Below, in pieces: positions 44,471 through 52,909 of a stretch of DNA of 64,000 nucleotides (within the stretch, counting starts at the first letter, position 1; every line of letters begins with the position of its first letter). Both the position numbers and the translations under genes were made by a program. The DNA is from an uncultured Atopobium sp. (GTDB taxonomy: Bacteria; Actinomycetota; Coriobacteriia; Coriobacteriales; Atopobiaceae). Where the stretch lies: positions 893-64,892 of the forward strand of contig CALHVU010000052.1 of NCBI GenBank assembly GCA_938036925.1, given 5' to 3'. Below the pieces are notes generated by a model that was not told where the DNA came from, searched no databases, and was given only the letters and a program-made list of their open reading frames with translations.

Positions 44471-45195
44471 CACAGGAAGCTTTAGAGCTAGCACGCGGTG
44501 GTGCACAAACGGGAGAGTTTGTGTTCCGCTCCTTTGACGTGCTGGAATGTGCTGCATCTGACCAGGATGAGTGCTGCGAGTTGGTCTTTGATTCATCATC
44601 AACACCAGCGCGTCCGTCATCTGGCGAGAAGCCCTTTGAGGTTGCAACGGTCGTACGTCTTGGGGTTTCAATGCCCTATGTACCTGCAGTTCCATACGTT
44701 GTAGCACTGGGAGTTTGCCAGTTCTTGCGCGCAGCAGATGAGAGCTTTGGCATTTGCTGGCCTTACGATATCTGCTACAAAGACCAGGTAATTGCCTCAA
44801 TTAAGGCCACTGCTGGGTATCAAGAGGGCATGTTTGCTGTGGTAAGCGTTGTCGCAGACGCTAAGGCGCTGAGCTTAGCGTTTGATGTTGCAGACAACAC
44901 AGAGCTTCTCGCCAAAAAAGTATCTGAGCTGGTGATTCAGAGCGTAAGCGTGTGGGAGCAGCAGGTTAAACGTGCAAGGAGTTTTGCGGGACCCATCGCA
45001 CTCATTCTGAGCGACTACTTTGATATGGTTCCTTTGCTTGGACAGCAGGTCAATAAGGTATACCCCAGCGGCAACGTTGCGCTGACCGCTCGATTTGGCG
45101 GCATTGACGTGTGGGGCCATGCCATCCTTGTTGATGAGGATGGTAAAGAAATCCTTGTAAGTGAGGAAGAAGCTTCTGTAGTTCCAGCGGTTTAA
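44461..45195 (+). CDS. Biotin-protein-ligase-like (BPL/LplA fold) protein lacking the GRGRxGR loop
   Basis: ICWPYDICYKDQVIASI resembles the BirA KWPND..K.aGIL segment, and the C-terminus GGIDVWGHAILVDEDGKE..VSEEE resembles the BirA SH3-like end. No Gly/Arg-rich ATP/biotin loop was seen. GTG start overlaps the folK stop. Confidence 0.4.
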   Translation: MGVAQEALELARGGAQTGEFVFRSFDVLECAASDQDECCELVFDSSSTPARPSSGEKPFEVATVVRLGVSMPYVPAVPYVVALGVCQFLRAADESFGICWPYDICYKDQVIASIKATAGYQEGMFAVVSVVADAKALSLAFDVADNTELLAKKVSELVIQSVSVWEQQVKRARSFAGPIALILSDYFDMVPLLGQQVNKVYPSGNVALTARFGGIDVWGHAILVDEDGKEILVSEEEASVVPAV

Positions 45196-45233
45196 CTGCT
45201 GGTTTATCTGCGGTAACGCGGCTGCGTCGTCAG

Positions 45234-46016
45234 CTACTCGGCGGCTTGAGTAGACTGCTTCCAGATCAGATAAATTCCACGCATGGTAAGCTGCGGATCA
45301 ACCACGTCAAAGACATCTGTTGCTTCGCTAACGGTGTTTGCCAGGCCACCCGTTGCAATAACGGTTGCGCCCTCAATACCAGGCTCTTTGAGCGTTCTGG
45401 CAACTAGACCCTCTGCCTGAGCGGCTGCGCCCACTACGATACCTGCCTGAACAGCGCTTTCTGTGGTGTTACCCAAGACGGTCTCGGGCGCTTTAATAGG
45501 AATGCTAGAGAGCTTAGCTGCACGCGCAAACAGTGCGTTTGCAGAGATCATAATACCTGGTGAAATAGCGCCTCCGCGGAATACGCCGTCCTTATCAACA
45601 ACGTCCAAATTAGTAGCGGTACCAAAATCAACCACAATAACTGGATAGCCGTAGCGCTCAGTTGCAGCAACGGAATTTGCTACGCGGTCGGCACCCACAA
45701 GCTCGGGGTGGGGGATATTGAAGCGAATCTTATCCGTGGAAAGCGCGTTAATGCGGGTCAGAGGCTTGTTAAGCAGCAGCTCAAAGCAGCGCTGCCAAGC
45801 ACGTGTGATAACAGGAACCACGCACGAAAGTCCACCCGCCTCAACGTCGTCTAGACTCAGTCCATCTTTCTGGAAGAACGTGAAGAGACGGCCGTGCAGA
45901 ATGTCGGAGGTGTCGCTTTGATCAGTAGGCATTCTCCAGCCGCGCACCATAGTGCCTTCGCTGTCAAATAAACCAATGGCAGTTTGCGTGTTACCCACAT
46001 CAATCGATAAAAACAT
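45234..46016 (-). CDS. coaX: Type III pantothenate kinase
   Basis: MFLSIDVGNTQTAIGLF, ...DFGTATN, ..ATGGLA motifs. Confidence 0.9.
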   Translation of the reverse strand: MFLSIDVGNTQTAIGLFDSEGTMVRGWRMPTDQSDTSDILHGRLFTFFQKDGLSLDDVEAGGLSCVVPVITRAWQRCFELLLNKPLTRINALSTDKIRFNIPHPELVGADRVANSVAATERYGYPVIVVDFGTATNLDVVDKDGVFRGGAISPGIMISANALFARAAKLSSIPIKAPETVLGNTTESAVQAGIVVGAAAQAEGLVARTLKEPGIEGATVIATGGLANTVSEATDVFDVVDPQLTMRGIYLIWKQSTQAAE

Positions 46017-46110
46017 TATGCCTCCGAGGGCTGTAGACCAGCTTTTTTATGACGTATTGGATTTTAGCCCATTGGGCGTATCTCTAAAGTTGTCGTGAGG
46101 AAGAAAAAAG

Positions 46111-46165
46111 TTGTTTTGCAGTTGTTTTGCAGTTGTTTTGCAGTTGTTGCACAGTTGTCGTACAC
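46111..46165. repeat. 11-bp tandem repeat (5 units)
   Basis: GTTGTTTTGCA x3, then GTTGTTGCACA and GTTGTCGTACA. A related GTTGTCGTGAG lies at 46089. Confidence 0.85.
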
Positions 46166-46323
46166 AAGAATTATCTGCACAAAATGTGAATTTCTCGCCA
46201 AGTACTTCTAGCAACAGAAGGGTTGTTCTGCTATACTTTTTCAGCTTATTGTCTTGTTGAGCACGTGCTCATAAAGACACCCCTGCTCTGGTCGGAAACC
46301 AGGGCCGATGTAAGGAGTCCTGC

Positions 46324-46737
46324 ATGAAGCAAGGTATTCATCCAGAGTACGTAGAGTGCACCGTTCGTTGCACCTGCGGAAACACCTGGACCACACACGC
46401 AACTGTTCCAGAGATGCGTCTTGACCTCTGCGACAAGTGCCACCCATTCTATACGGGTCAGCAGAAGCTTGTCGACACTGGTGGACGTGTCCAGCGCTTC
46501 GCCGATAAGTTCGGTGGCGCAGCAAACGCTGCTCTCGAGGCTGCTAAGGCTGCCAAGGAGGCAAAGGCTGCTAAGGCTGCTGAGCAGGAGGCTGCTCGTA
46601 AGGCTGCTGCTGAGGCTAAGGCTGCTGAGAAGGCAAAGCGTGCTGCTGAGTTCGCAAAGAACGCACCAGCTGCAGAGCCAGAGGCTGAGGCTGAGGCCGA
46701 GGCCGAGGCACCTGCAACCGAAGAGGCTGCAGAGTAG
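46324..46737 (+). CDS. rpmE: 50S ribosomal protein L31 with a ~70-aa Ala/Lys/Glu-rich C-terminal extension
   Basis: MKQGIHPEY...CTCG...[26 protein letters not shown] core, then [34 protein letters not shown]...[10 protein letters not shown]. Confidence 0.9.
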   Translation: MKQGIHPEYVECTVRCTCGNTWTTHATVPEMRLDLCDKCHPFYTGQQKLVDTGGRVQRFADKFGGAANAALEAAKAAKEAKAAKAAEQEAARKAAAEAKAAEKAKRAAEFAKNAPAAEPEAEAEAEAEAPATEEAAE

Positions 46738-46774
46738 CAGGTATTTGCTCGCGCAAAACCGCAGAGTACAGAAT

Positions 46775-46802
46775 CGGGGTGGCTTCGGCTGCCCCGTTTT
46801 TG
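46775..46802 (+). terminator. Rho-independent terminator of rpmE
   Basis: CGGGGTGGC-TTCG-GCTGCCCCG followed by TTTTT. Confidence 0.8.
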
Positions 46803-46869
46803 TTTGGCGAGAAACCCTCTCAACTCAGAGGGTATACTTGAAAGTGAAAAATCTGCCGTCGGAGGACGA

Positions 46870-49215
46870 ATGGAATCACTGTATACAAAGTATCGCCCGC
46901 AAACGTTTGAGCAGGTAGTTGGCCAGAAGCATGTGGTCGGCACTCTTGAGCGAGCGGTCTTGGAGCAAAAGCTCAGCCACGCATACCTGTTCTGCGGACC
47001 TCGCGGCACAGGTAAGACCACTATGGCTCGCTTGCTGGCAAAAGCTATCCTTTGTCACGAGGCGCCTGGTCATCTGCCCGACGGCACTTGCGAGGACTGC
47101 CAGTTGATTGCTGCCGGTCAGCATCCAGATGTCTTTGAGATTGACGCCGCTTCTAACACCGGCGTTGATAACGTGCGAGAAGAGATTATTTCTCGCGCTA
47201 GCTACGCTCCTGTGCGCGGCAAAGGCAAGGTTTACATCATCGACGAGGTGCACATGCTTACCTCGGCGGCATTTAATGCCCTGCTCAAAACGTTGGAGGA
47301 GCCTCCTTCGCACGTGACGTTTATCATGTGCACCACCGATCCTCAAAAAATTCTTGCAACTATTCTGTCCCGCGTGCAGCGTTTTGACTTCCGCTCCATT
47401 GCCGCTGATGAGATGGCAGAGCACCTGGTCAACGTCTGCAAAAACGAGGGCTTTACCTACGAAGACGCAGCTATTGATCTTATTGTTCGTCATGCGCGCG
47501 GTGGCATGCGTGACGCTCTGTCTTCTCTTGAGCAGCTCTCCGTTTACGGCGGCGGTGTCATTTCTGAGCAGACGGTTCGTGACGTTTTGGGTCAGTCGTC
47601 CGGCTCTCTTATCAACAACGCTGCAATGGCCCTGGCTCAGCGAGACATTTCTTCACTCTTTACCACGGTAAATACGCTGTTTGAAGGCGGCAAAGATCTG
47701 CTGCAGTTTACGCGTGAGCTTGCCGTTCACGTAAGAGATCTCTACATTGCCGCAGCTGTGGGTGTTGATTCTCCTGCGCTGGCAAATTCTACCGCTTCGA
47801 CCGAGCAGCTTACCAAGGAAGCCCAGGCATTTGGCTCGGTTGATCGACTCTCCAGAGTTCTGACCGTTTTGGGCGACGCGGCCAATCAGATGCGTACCGC
47901 CGTTAACCAGCGATTGGTCCTGGAGGTTGCATTCACCAAGCTGGCGCGCCCCAACACGGAGCTTTCATTGGAAGCGCTGGCAGATAGGGTAGCTGTTCTT
48001 GAGCAGCAGTTGGCAAACGGTGTTGCTGTTGCTCCAGTTGGCGAGAAACCCGCAGCTCCCGCGCCTGTTTCGGCTCCGGCGCCGCAGCCAGCTCCTGTTG
48101 CCGTGCCCGCACCTGCGACGGTTCCAGCGCCGCAGCCTGCACCAGCGCCGCAGCCTGCACCAGCTTCACAACCGGCACCTGCACCACAGCCAGCGCCAGC
48201 TCCGCAGCCTGCACCAGCACCCGCAGCTGCGCCAGCTCCGCGACCAGCGCCTGCGCCACAACCTGCGCCTACGCCTGCTCCAAAGGAAGTTGACCAGGCA
48301 GACGCACTTCTCGTCAGACAGTGGAAAGAAGTCGGCAAGGTTTGTGCCTCAAAAAATGCTGCTCATGCAGCACTGCTGGTCAGCTCAACGCTCGAATCGG
48401 ATGACGGCTCTGAGTTGGTAGTTACACTGCCCAAGGGCTCCTCGTTTGCAATGAGGATGCTCAGCGCGCCGGCAGTTTCCGAGTTTGTAAAAGAGTGCGT
48501 TGCTCAGGTTATGGGCCCGCGCCGCATCAAATATGTTGAGTCGAGCCTTGCTGCAACGGCAATCTCTCGAGAGAAGCGTGCAGCTCAGGTGCCGGCTCCA
48601 GCTCCTGCACCTGCAATTCCAGTGGCCCCTGCTGCGCCCGTCACACCAGCTCTTGAGCCAGTTGCGCAGCCCGCTCCTGCCTCTGTTCCCGCTCAGGCAC
48701 CTGCGCCAACATCAGAACCTGCAGCCCCTGTAGCTCCAGCACCTGCAGCTCCCGTTGTACCAGCGCCAGAGGCGTCATATCCGATGCCTTGGGATGAGCC
48801 TGCGTCTGGCGGAGCTTCCGTTGAGACTCCTGACTACGATCAGGTACCTTACAGCGATGACGATGTAGCTGCGGTTTTTGACGATTCCGTTGAAGATGTC
48901 GCTTCAGCTCCAGTCGTGCCTACGCCTGCACCAGCGGCTCCAGTTGCACCCGCACCAGCACCTGCACCTGCAGCGCCTGAACCCGCAGCACCCGCGCCGG
49001 CGCCTGCACCTGCAGCGCCTGAACCCGAACCAGTTCCGGCTCCAAAGCCTGCTCCAGTACCAGCTTCACCAGAGGACATCGCTGCTCGTTCTGCGCTTCC
49101 TCCAGAGCTCAACAGCGTGGCAGACATGCTTGAAAAGGTATTTGGACCAGCGGTTTCTTTGTCGGTAGAGAAGAAGCTGGATGCCGAAACTCCCGTAGAC
49201 CCTGCAAACAACTAG
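46870..49215 (+). CDS. dnaX: DNA polymerase III subunit gamma/tau
   Basis: LYTKYRPQTFEQVVGQ, GPRGTGKTT, IIDEVHML, Zn module CxxC. GGAGGA RBS before the ATG at 46870. Long Pro/Ala-rich repeats in the C-terminal half. Confidence 0.9.
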   Translation: MESLYTKYRPQTFEQVVGQKHVVGTLERAVLEQKLSHAYLFCGPRGTGKTTMARLLAKAILCHEAPGHLPDGTCEDCQLIAAGQHPDVFEIDAASNTGVDNVREEIISRASYAPVRGKGKVYIIDEVHMLTSAAFNALLKTLEEPPSHVTFIMCTTDPQKILATILSRVQRFDFRSIAADEMAEHLVNVCKNEGFTYEDAAIDLIVRHARGGMRDALSSLEQLSVYGGGVISEQTVRDVLGQSSGSLINNAAMALAQRDISSLFTTVNTLFEGGKDLLQFTRELAVHVRDLYIAAAVGVDSPALANSTASTEQLTKEAQAFGSVDRLSRVLTVLGDAANQMRTAVNQRLVLEVAFTKLARPNTELSLEALADRVAVLEQQLANGVAVAPVGEKPAAPAPVSAPAPQPAPVAVPAPATVPAPQPAPAPQPAPASQPAPAPQPAPAPQPAPAPAAAPAPRPAPAPQPAPTPAPKEVDQADALLVRQWKEVGKVCASKNAAHAALLVSSTLESDDGSELVVTLPKGSSFAMRMLSAPAVSEFVKECVAQVMGPRRIKYVESSLAATAISREKRAAQVPAPAPAPAIPVAPAAPVTPALEPVAQPAPASVPAQAPAPTSEPAAPVAPAPAAPVVPAPEASYPMPWDEPASGGASVETPDYDQVPYSDDDVAAVFDDSVEDVASAPVVPTPAPAAPVAPAPAPAPAAPEPAAPAPAPAPAAPEPEPVPAPKPAPVPASPEDIAARSALPPELNSVADMLEKVFGPAVSLSVEKKLDAETPVDPANN

Positions 49216-49321
49216 AACTTCTCGCGATATTCTCGCGATATGACGCTTTGGTGCATGGATCCTCATGCGCCAGCGCAAAAAGCGCAACTTGTCTAAAATA
49301 GATACGACGATAGGAGAACAT

Positions 49322-49660
49322 ATGGCACGTGGTGGATTTAACATGGGCGGCATGAACCGCAATCAGATGATGGCTCAGGCTCGCAAAATGCAGGAGCAAC
49401 TGCTGGAGGCCCAGCAGAAGGCTTCCCTTATGCAGGCAACCGCAAGTGCTGGTGGCGGCGCTGTTAAGGTAACCGCATCCGGCGACCTGCGCCTGACTAA
49501 CATCACCATTGATCCTGAGGCAATTGATCCTGAGGATATCGAGATGCTCCAGGACATGATTCTGGCAGCCGTAAACGATGCTCTTGAGTCCGCTGAGTCT
49601 CAGGCATCTGCCCAGATGAGCGCAGTAACTGGCGGACTGAATATTCCAGGACTGTTCTAA
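49322..49660 (+). CDS. ybaB: YbaB/EbfC nucleoid-associated protein
   Basis: MMAQARKMQEQL...VKVTASGD....I.IDPE pattern, in the conserved dnaX-ybaB-recR order. AGGAGA RBS. Confidence 0.9.
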   Translation: MARGGFNMGGMNRNQMMAQARKMQEQLLEAQQKASLMQATASAGGGAVKVTASGDLRLTNITIDPEAIDPEDIEMLQDMILAAVNDALESAESQASAQMSAVTGGLNIPGLF

Positions 49661-49663
49661 TCC

Positions 49664-50275
49664 ATGGCGTTTGATACCACAAATGATGGTCGCGCGCTGC
49701 AGCGCTTGCTTGACGAGTTAGGCCGACTACCAGGCATTGGTCCAAAATCGGCTCAGCGCATTGCCTACCATCTTCTAGAGGTTGATTCCGAGGAGGCCCG
49801 CCGTTTGGCGCAGGCTATCTTGGAGCTTAAGCAGCAGGTGCATTTTTGCCCTATCTGCTTCAACTATGCAACGCGCGACGAATGTGACATCTGCCTGGAC
49901 TCTTCCAGGGATCGCAGCAAAATCTGCGTGGTCTCCGAGCCTAAGGATGTCTCGGCAATCGAGCGTACCGGTGCGTTTCACGGCCTCTACCACGTTCTGG
50001 GCGGCGTAATCTCGCCTATGGACAAGATTGGTCCTGAGCAGCTCCATGTGCGTGAACTGCTGTCCCGCTTGGCTGATGGCACCGTTACCGAGGTAGTTCT
50101 GGCAACTAATCCGGACGTTGAGGGAGAAACAACCGCAACGTACCTCTCCAGAACTATCAATCCGCTTGGAATGACGGTTACCCGACTGGCAAGCGGACTT
50201 CCCGTAGGTGGAGACCTTGAGTACGCAGATGAGGTAACATTGGGACGTGCAATTGAAGCACGTCGGGAGGTTTAA
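49664..50275 (+). CDS. recR: Recombination protein RecR
   Basis: [17 protein letters not shown] HhH, Zn finger [16 protein letters not shown], Toprim segment. Confidence 0.95.
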   Translation: MAFDTTNDGRALQRLLDELGRLPGIGPKSAQRIAYHLLEVDSEEARRLAQAILELKQQVHFCPICFNYATRDECDICLDSSRDRSKICVVSEPKDVSAIERTGAFHGLYHVLGGVISPMDKIGPEQLHVRELLSRLADGTVTEVVLATNPDVEGETTATYLSRTINPLGMTVTRLASGLPVGGDLEYADEVTLGRAIEARREV

Positions 50276-50277
50276 GC

Positions 50278-50949
50278 ATGGCAAACCACATGAGAACAAG
50301 TTCATCTGGCGAGAAGACCCCTGAGGCTTCATCGGTTGACATGAAGAATATTTCAACGCTTCGTGCTGGTCAGGGCGCACAAATTCCTCAGAGCCCACGA
50401 CAGGCCGATAACACGCCAGAACCTCCAAATAGAAAATCGGTCATCATCTTGGTGGTCGCAGCTATTGTTGCGCTTACTGCTCTGTTCTTTATTGTGCGCT
50501 GCGCTACAAGCACAAAAAGTGAATCTGCAAGCCAGCAACCAAAACAGACTCAGTCCGCCTATGCCGACGAGAAGCAGCAGGATGAGCAGGCAGTTGACGG
50601 CTCAGTTACCTTCCACGGCATGAAGTACTCCCTGGAGAAGCAAAGCGACGGCAAAACTGCTGTTGTCCGTACGAGTGACTCGGGAACTAAGAGCGTTCTG
50701 TTTGAGGTTGAGGGAACTCCTACCAGCCTGATTCTTTTTAACGACACCATTTTGGTTCCAGAGAATCGCGATTCTGGTTGGGATGTTGTGGCATGTGCTC
50801 TGGTAGACGGCTCGCTTCCAACCCTTATTGCCGATAAGGACGGCAAGGCTGTTGGTGGAAACGGAACTATCACTGCAGCTACGCTTGACGGAACTACACT
50901 TAAGGTAACCGATTCCACAGGAAACACCACCAGCGTTGCTCTTCAGTAA
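50278..50949 (+). CDS. Hypothetical membrane-anchored protein
   Basis: Disordered N-terminus, one TM span (VIILVVAAIVALTALFFIV), beta-rich exterior part. Starts 3 nt after recR. Confidence 0.6.
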   Translation: MANHMRTSSSGEKTPEASSVDMKNISTLRAGQGAQIPQSPRQADNTPEPPNRKSVIILVVAAIVALTALFFIVRCATSTKSESASQQPKQTQSAYADEKQQDEQAVDGSVTFHGMKYSLEKQSDGKTAVVRTSDSGTKSVLFEVEGTPTSLILFNDTILVPENRDSGWDVVACALVDGSLPTLIADKDGKAVGGNGTITAATLDGTTLKVTDSTGNTTSVALQ

Positions 50950-51113
50950 AAGCAACGCGAAGAAATTGTGGATTTCCAGTGGGCGTTCATGTTTCTGAGC
51001 TGCGGATATTCTCGCCAAGTGGTTATTTTCAAGAAAATTTTCAAATTCGTTGGAAATAACGCTAGACAAGAATAAAAGTTCCCTGTATTATTTCAATTCG
51101 CAACAAGGCGTCC

Positions 51114-51190
<77 letters not shown>

Positions 51191-51200
51191 TTGCATGTTC

Positions 51201-51224
51201 AAGCCCTCTTCGGAGGGCTTTTTC
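51201..51224 (+). terminator. Terminator after the tRNA
   Basis: AAGCCCTC-TTCG-GAGGGCTT followed by TTTC. Confidence 0.8.
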
Positions 51225-51322
51225 ATTACCAAAAAAGTCCAGCATAAAAGATTTAAATTACATCTTTAATTTATTGAAACCAAGTCAGAAAATAGAGCAT
51301 TGTGTGATATCTTTACATCAGA

Positions 51323-52141
51323 ATGTGTCTAAGTGCTTCTGCTACAGAAACATTTAAAAGCAGAGGTAAAGTGAGGTGGATTGTGCGGGATCAGAATACT
51401 TTGGATGCGCTGTCGCAACGCGATAGTGTAAGTTCCATATCCGCAGAATCTTCCAATACGGAACACACTTCAGATTTGATCAAGAAAATTGCTGTTTTTG
51501 ATTTTGATGGAACCGTCATTTCTGGACAGTCAGGACTCTTGTTCTCTGCGTATTTGCTCCGCCGTCATCTGTCCTCAATTGCACGCACGCTCAAGCTTGT
51601 GTGGTGGGGAGCTCGCTACAAGCTGCACCTTCCTCAAAGGCAGGAAGAGGCGCGTGAGCTGGTTGTTGGCGCACTTACGCAGTATAGCGTTGAGTTTGCA
51701 AATGCTGTCATGCACGATTTTCATCGCGAGGTAATTGAGGGCATGTATCGTCCTCAGGCGCTAGAAGAGGTGCGTCGTCGGCAGGCAGAAGGTTGCTGCG
51801 TGCTGTTGGTGTCAGCAACGTTTGAACCTATCGCGGAATTGGCCGCTCAGAAGCTGGGAGTGGACGCGTTTTTCGCCACAAAGATGCAGGTGGGAGCCGA
51901 CGGGCACTATACCAGCAAAGTCGACGGTCCCGTGATCGAGGGCGCTCAGAAGTTGGTCTCGGCAACTGAGTGGTGCAACCAACGCTTTGGCGAGGGCAAC
52001 TGGGAGATTGCGTACGCGTACGGCGATCACTACTCGGACGCAACGCTTTTGTCTGCAGCTCAAACGCCGTGCGCTGTTTGCCCTGGTCCAACGCTTGCCA
52101 GACTTGCAAACAAGCGCGGCTGGAAAATTTTGAACTGGTAG
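51323..52141 (+). CDS. HAD-IB family hydrolase (SerB-like)
   Basis: IAVFDFDGTVISGQS motif I and later SAT.. and GD..SD motifs. Start uncertain (ATG 51323 or a downstream GTG). Confidence 0.75.
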   Translation: MCLSASATETFKSRGKVRWIVRDQNTLDALSQRDSVSSISAESSNTEHTSDLIKKIAVFDFDGTVISGQSGLLFSAYLLRRHLSSIARTLKLVWWGARYKLHLPQRQEEARELVVGALTQYSVEFANAVMHDFHREVIEGMYRPQALEEVRRRQAEGCCVLLVSATFEPIAELAAQKLGVDAFFATKMQVGADGHYTSKVDGPVIEGAQKLVSATEWCNQRFGEGNWEIAYAYGDHYSDATLLSAAQTPCAVCPGPTLARLANKRGWKILNW

Positions 52142-52236
52142 CAACGACTGAACTAAGAGCAACATCTGAACTAAGAGCAATATCTGAACCGATAGCAAGA
52201 ACCAACCTGTAACAATGACTGACCTGGTCACAAGCC
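52131..52236 (+). repeat. Six ~18-bp tandem units reiterating the HAD gene's 3' end with in-frame stops
   Basis: TGAACTGGTAGCAACGAC / TGAACTAAGAGCAACATC / TGAACTAAGAGCAATATC / TGAACCGATAGCAAGAAC / CAACCTGTAACAATGAC / TGACCTGGTCACAAGCC. In-frame stops at 52139, 52154, 52172 and 52193. Confidence 0.85.
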
Positions 52237-52293
52237 AGATAAGTGAGAAAAGCAGTCCCTCAAGCGGACGCACGAGGGGTACTTGGAGAACCA

Positions 52294-52890
52294 ATGGAAA
52301 TTTCGCGCAAAACTGACTATGCAATCCGCATGCTTTCTTCGCTGGTAAGAAGCCCAAAGAAGCTTCTTTCTGTTCGCGACGCCGCAGAAGAAAACGATAT
52401 TCCATACTCCTTTGCTCGCTCAATCCAGCATGACCTGGTCATTGCAGGCGTGATTGTCAGCACGCGCGGCGCTCACGGTGGCATGATGCTGGCCATTGAT
52501 CCTACTGAGGTAAGCGTTCTTGATATTGTCGAGGCAGTTCAGGGACCTGTTTTTATTTCCAGCTGTGAGTGGGCAGGTCCTAATAACGAGCCATGCCCTC
52601 GTCATAATTCGTGCTATTTTGGGCCTCTTTGGTGCAGTGCTGAGAAAACCTTGCGTAATTTCTTTGCGTCCGTGACTCTGCATCAAGTTGTTGTAGAGGG
52701 TCTTATGCCAGAGATGGTGGGCGAGTTCCAGCTGGTAAAGAATGAGAACGCCCAGCGTAATGAGCAGATTATCCAGAATGCCGCTGCCGCTATTGAGGCT
52801 GAGATTACTGCCGGCACATTTGATAACCTGCTTGATGGTGAGGTTATTTCTGCCGAGAAAAAGCCTTACGAGTTCAATATTGGTCGATAA
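52294..52890 (+). CDS. Rrf2-family transcriptional regulator with a C-terminal extension
   Basis: MEISRKTDYAIRML.......LSVRDAAEENDIPYSFARSI...L..AGVIVSTRGAHGG. Cys residues (SSCEW...PCPRHNSC) lie in the putative cluster region. Confidence 0.85.
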   Translation: MEISRKTDYAIRMLSSLVRSPKKLLSVRDAAEENDIPYSFARSIQHDLVIAGVIVSTRGAHGGMMLAIDPTEVSVLDIVEAVQGPVFISSCEWAGPNNEPCPRHNSCYFGPLWCSAEKTLRNFFASVTLHQVVVEGLMPEMVGEFQLVKNENAQRNEQIIQNAAAAIEAEITAGTFDNLLDGEVISAEKKPYEFNIGR

Positions 52891-52909
52891 GAAAATCTCA
52901 CATATAAAA

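Noticed and set aside
46738-46869. SRP RNA (ffs), which is often found upstream of dnaX.
   Set aside because: The spacer holds only the rpmE terminator and one copy of the abundant word. No conserved SRP domain IV sequence was seen.
46870-49215. Programmed -1 frameshift site in dnaX, as in E. coli.
   Set aside because: No A-AAA-AAG heptamer with a downstream stem was found in the appropriate region.
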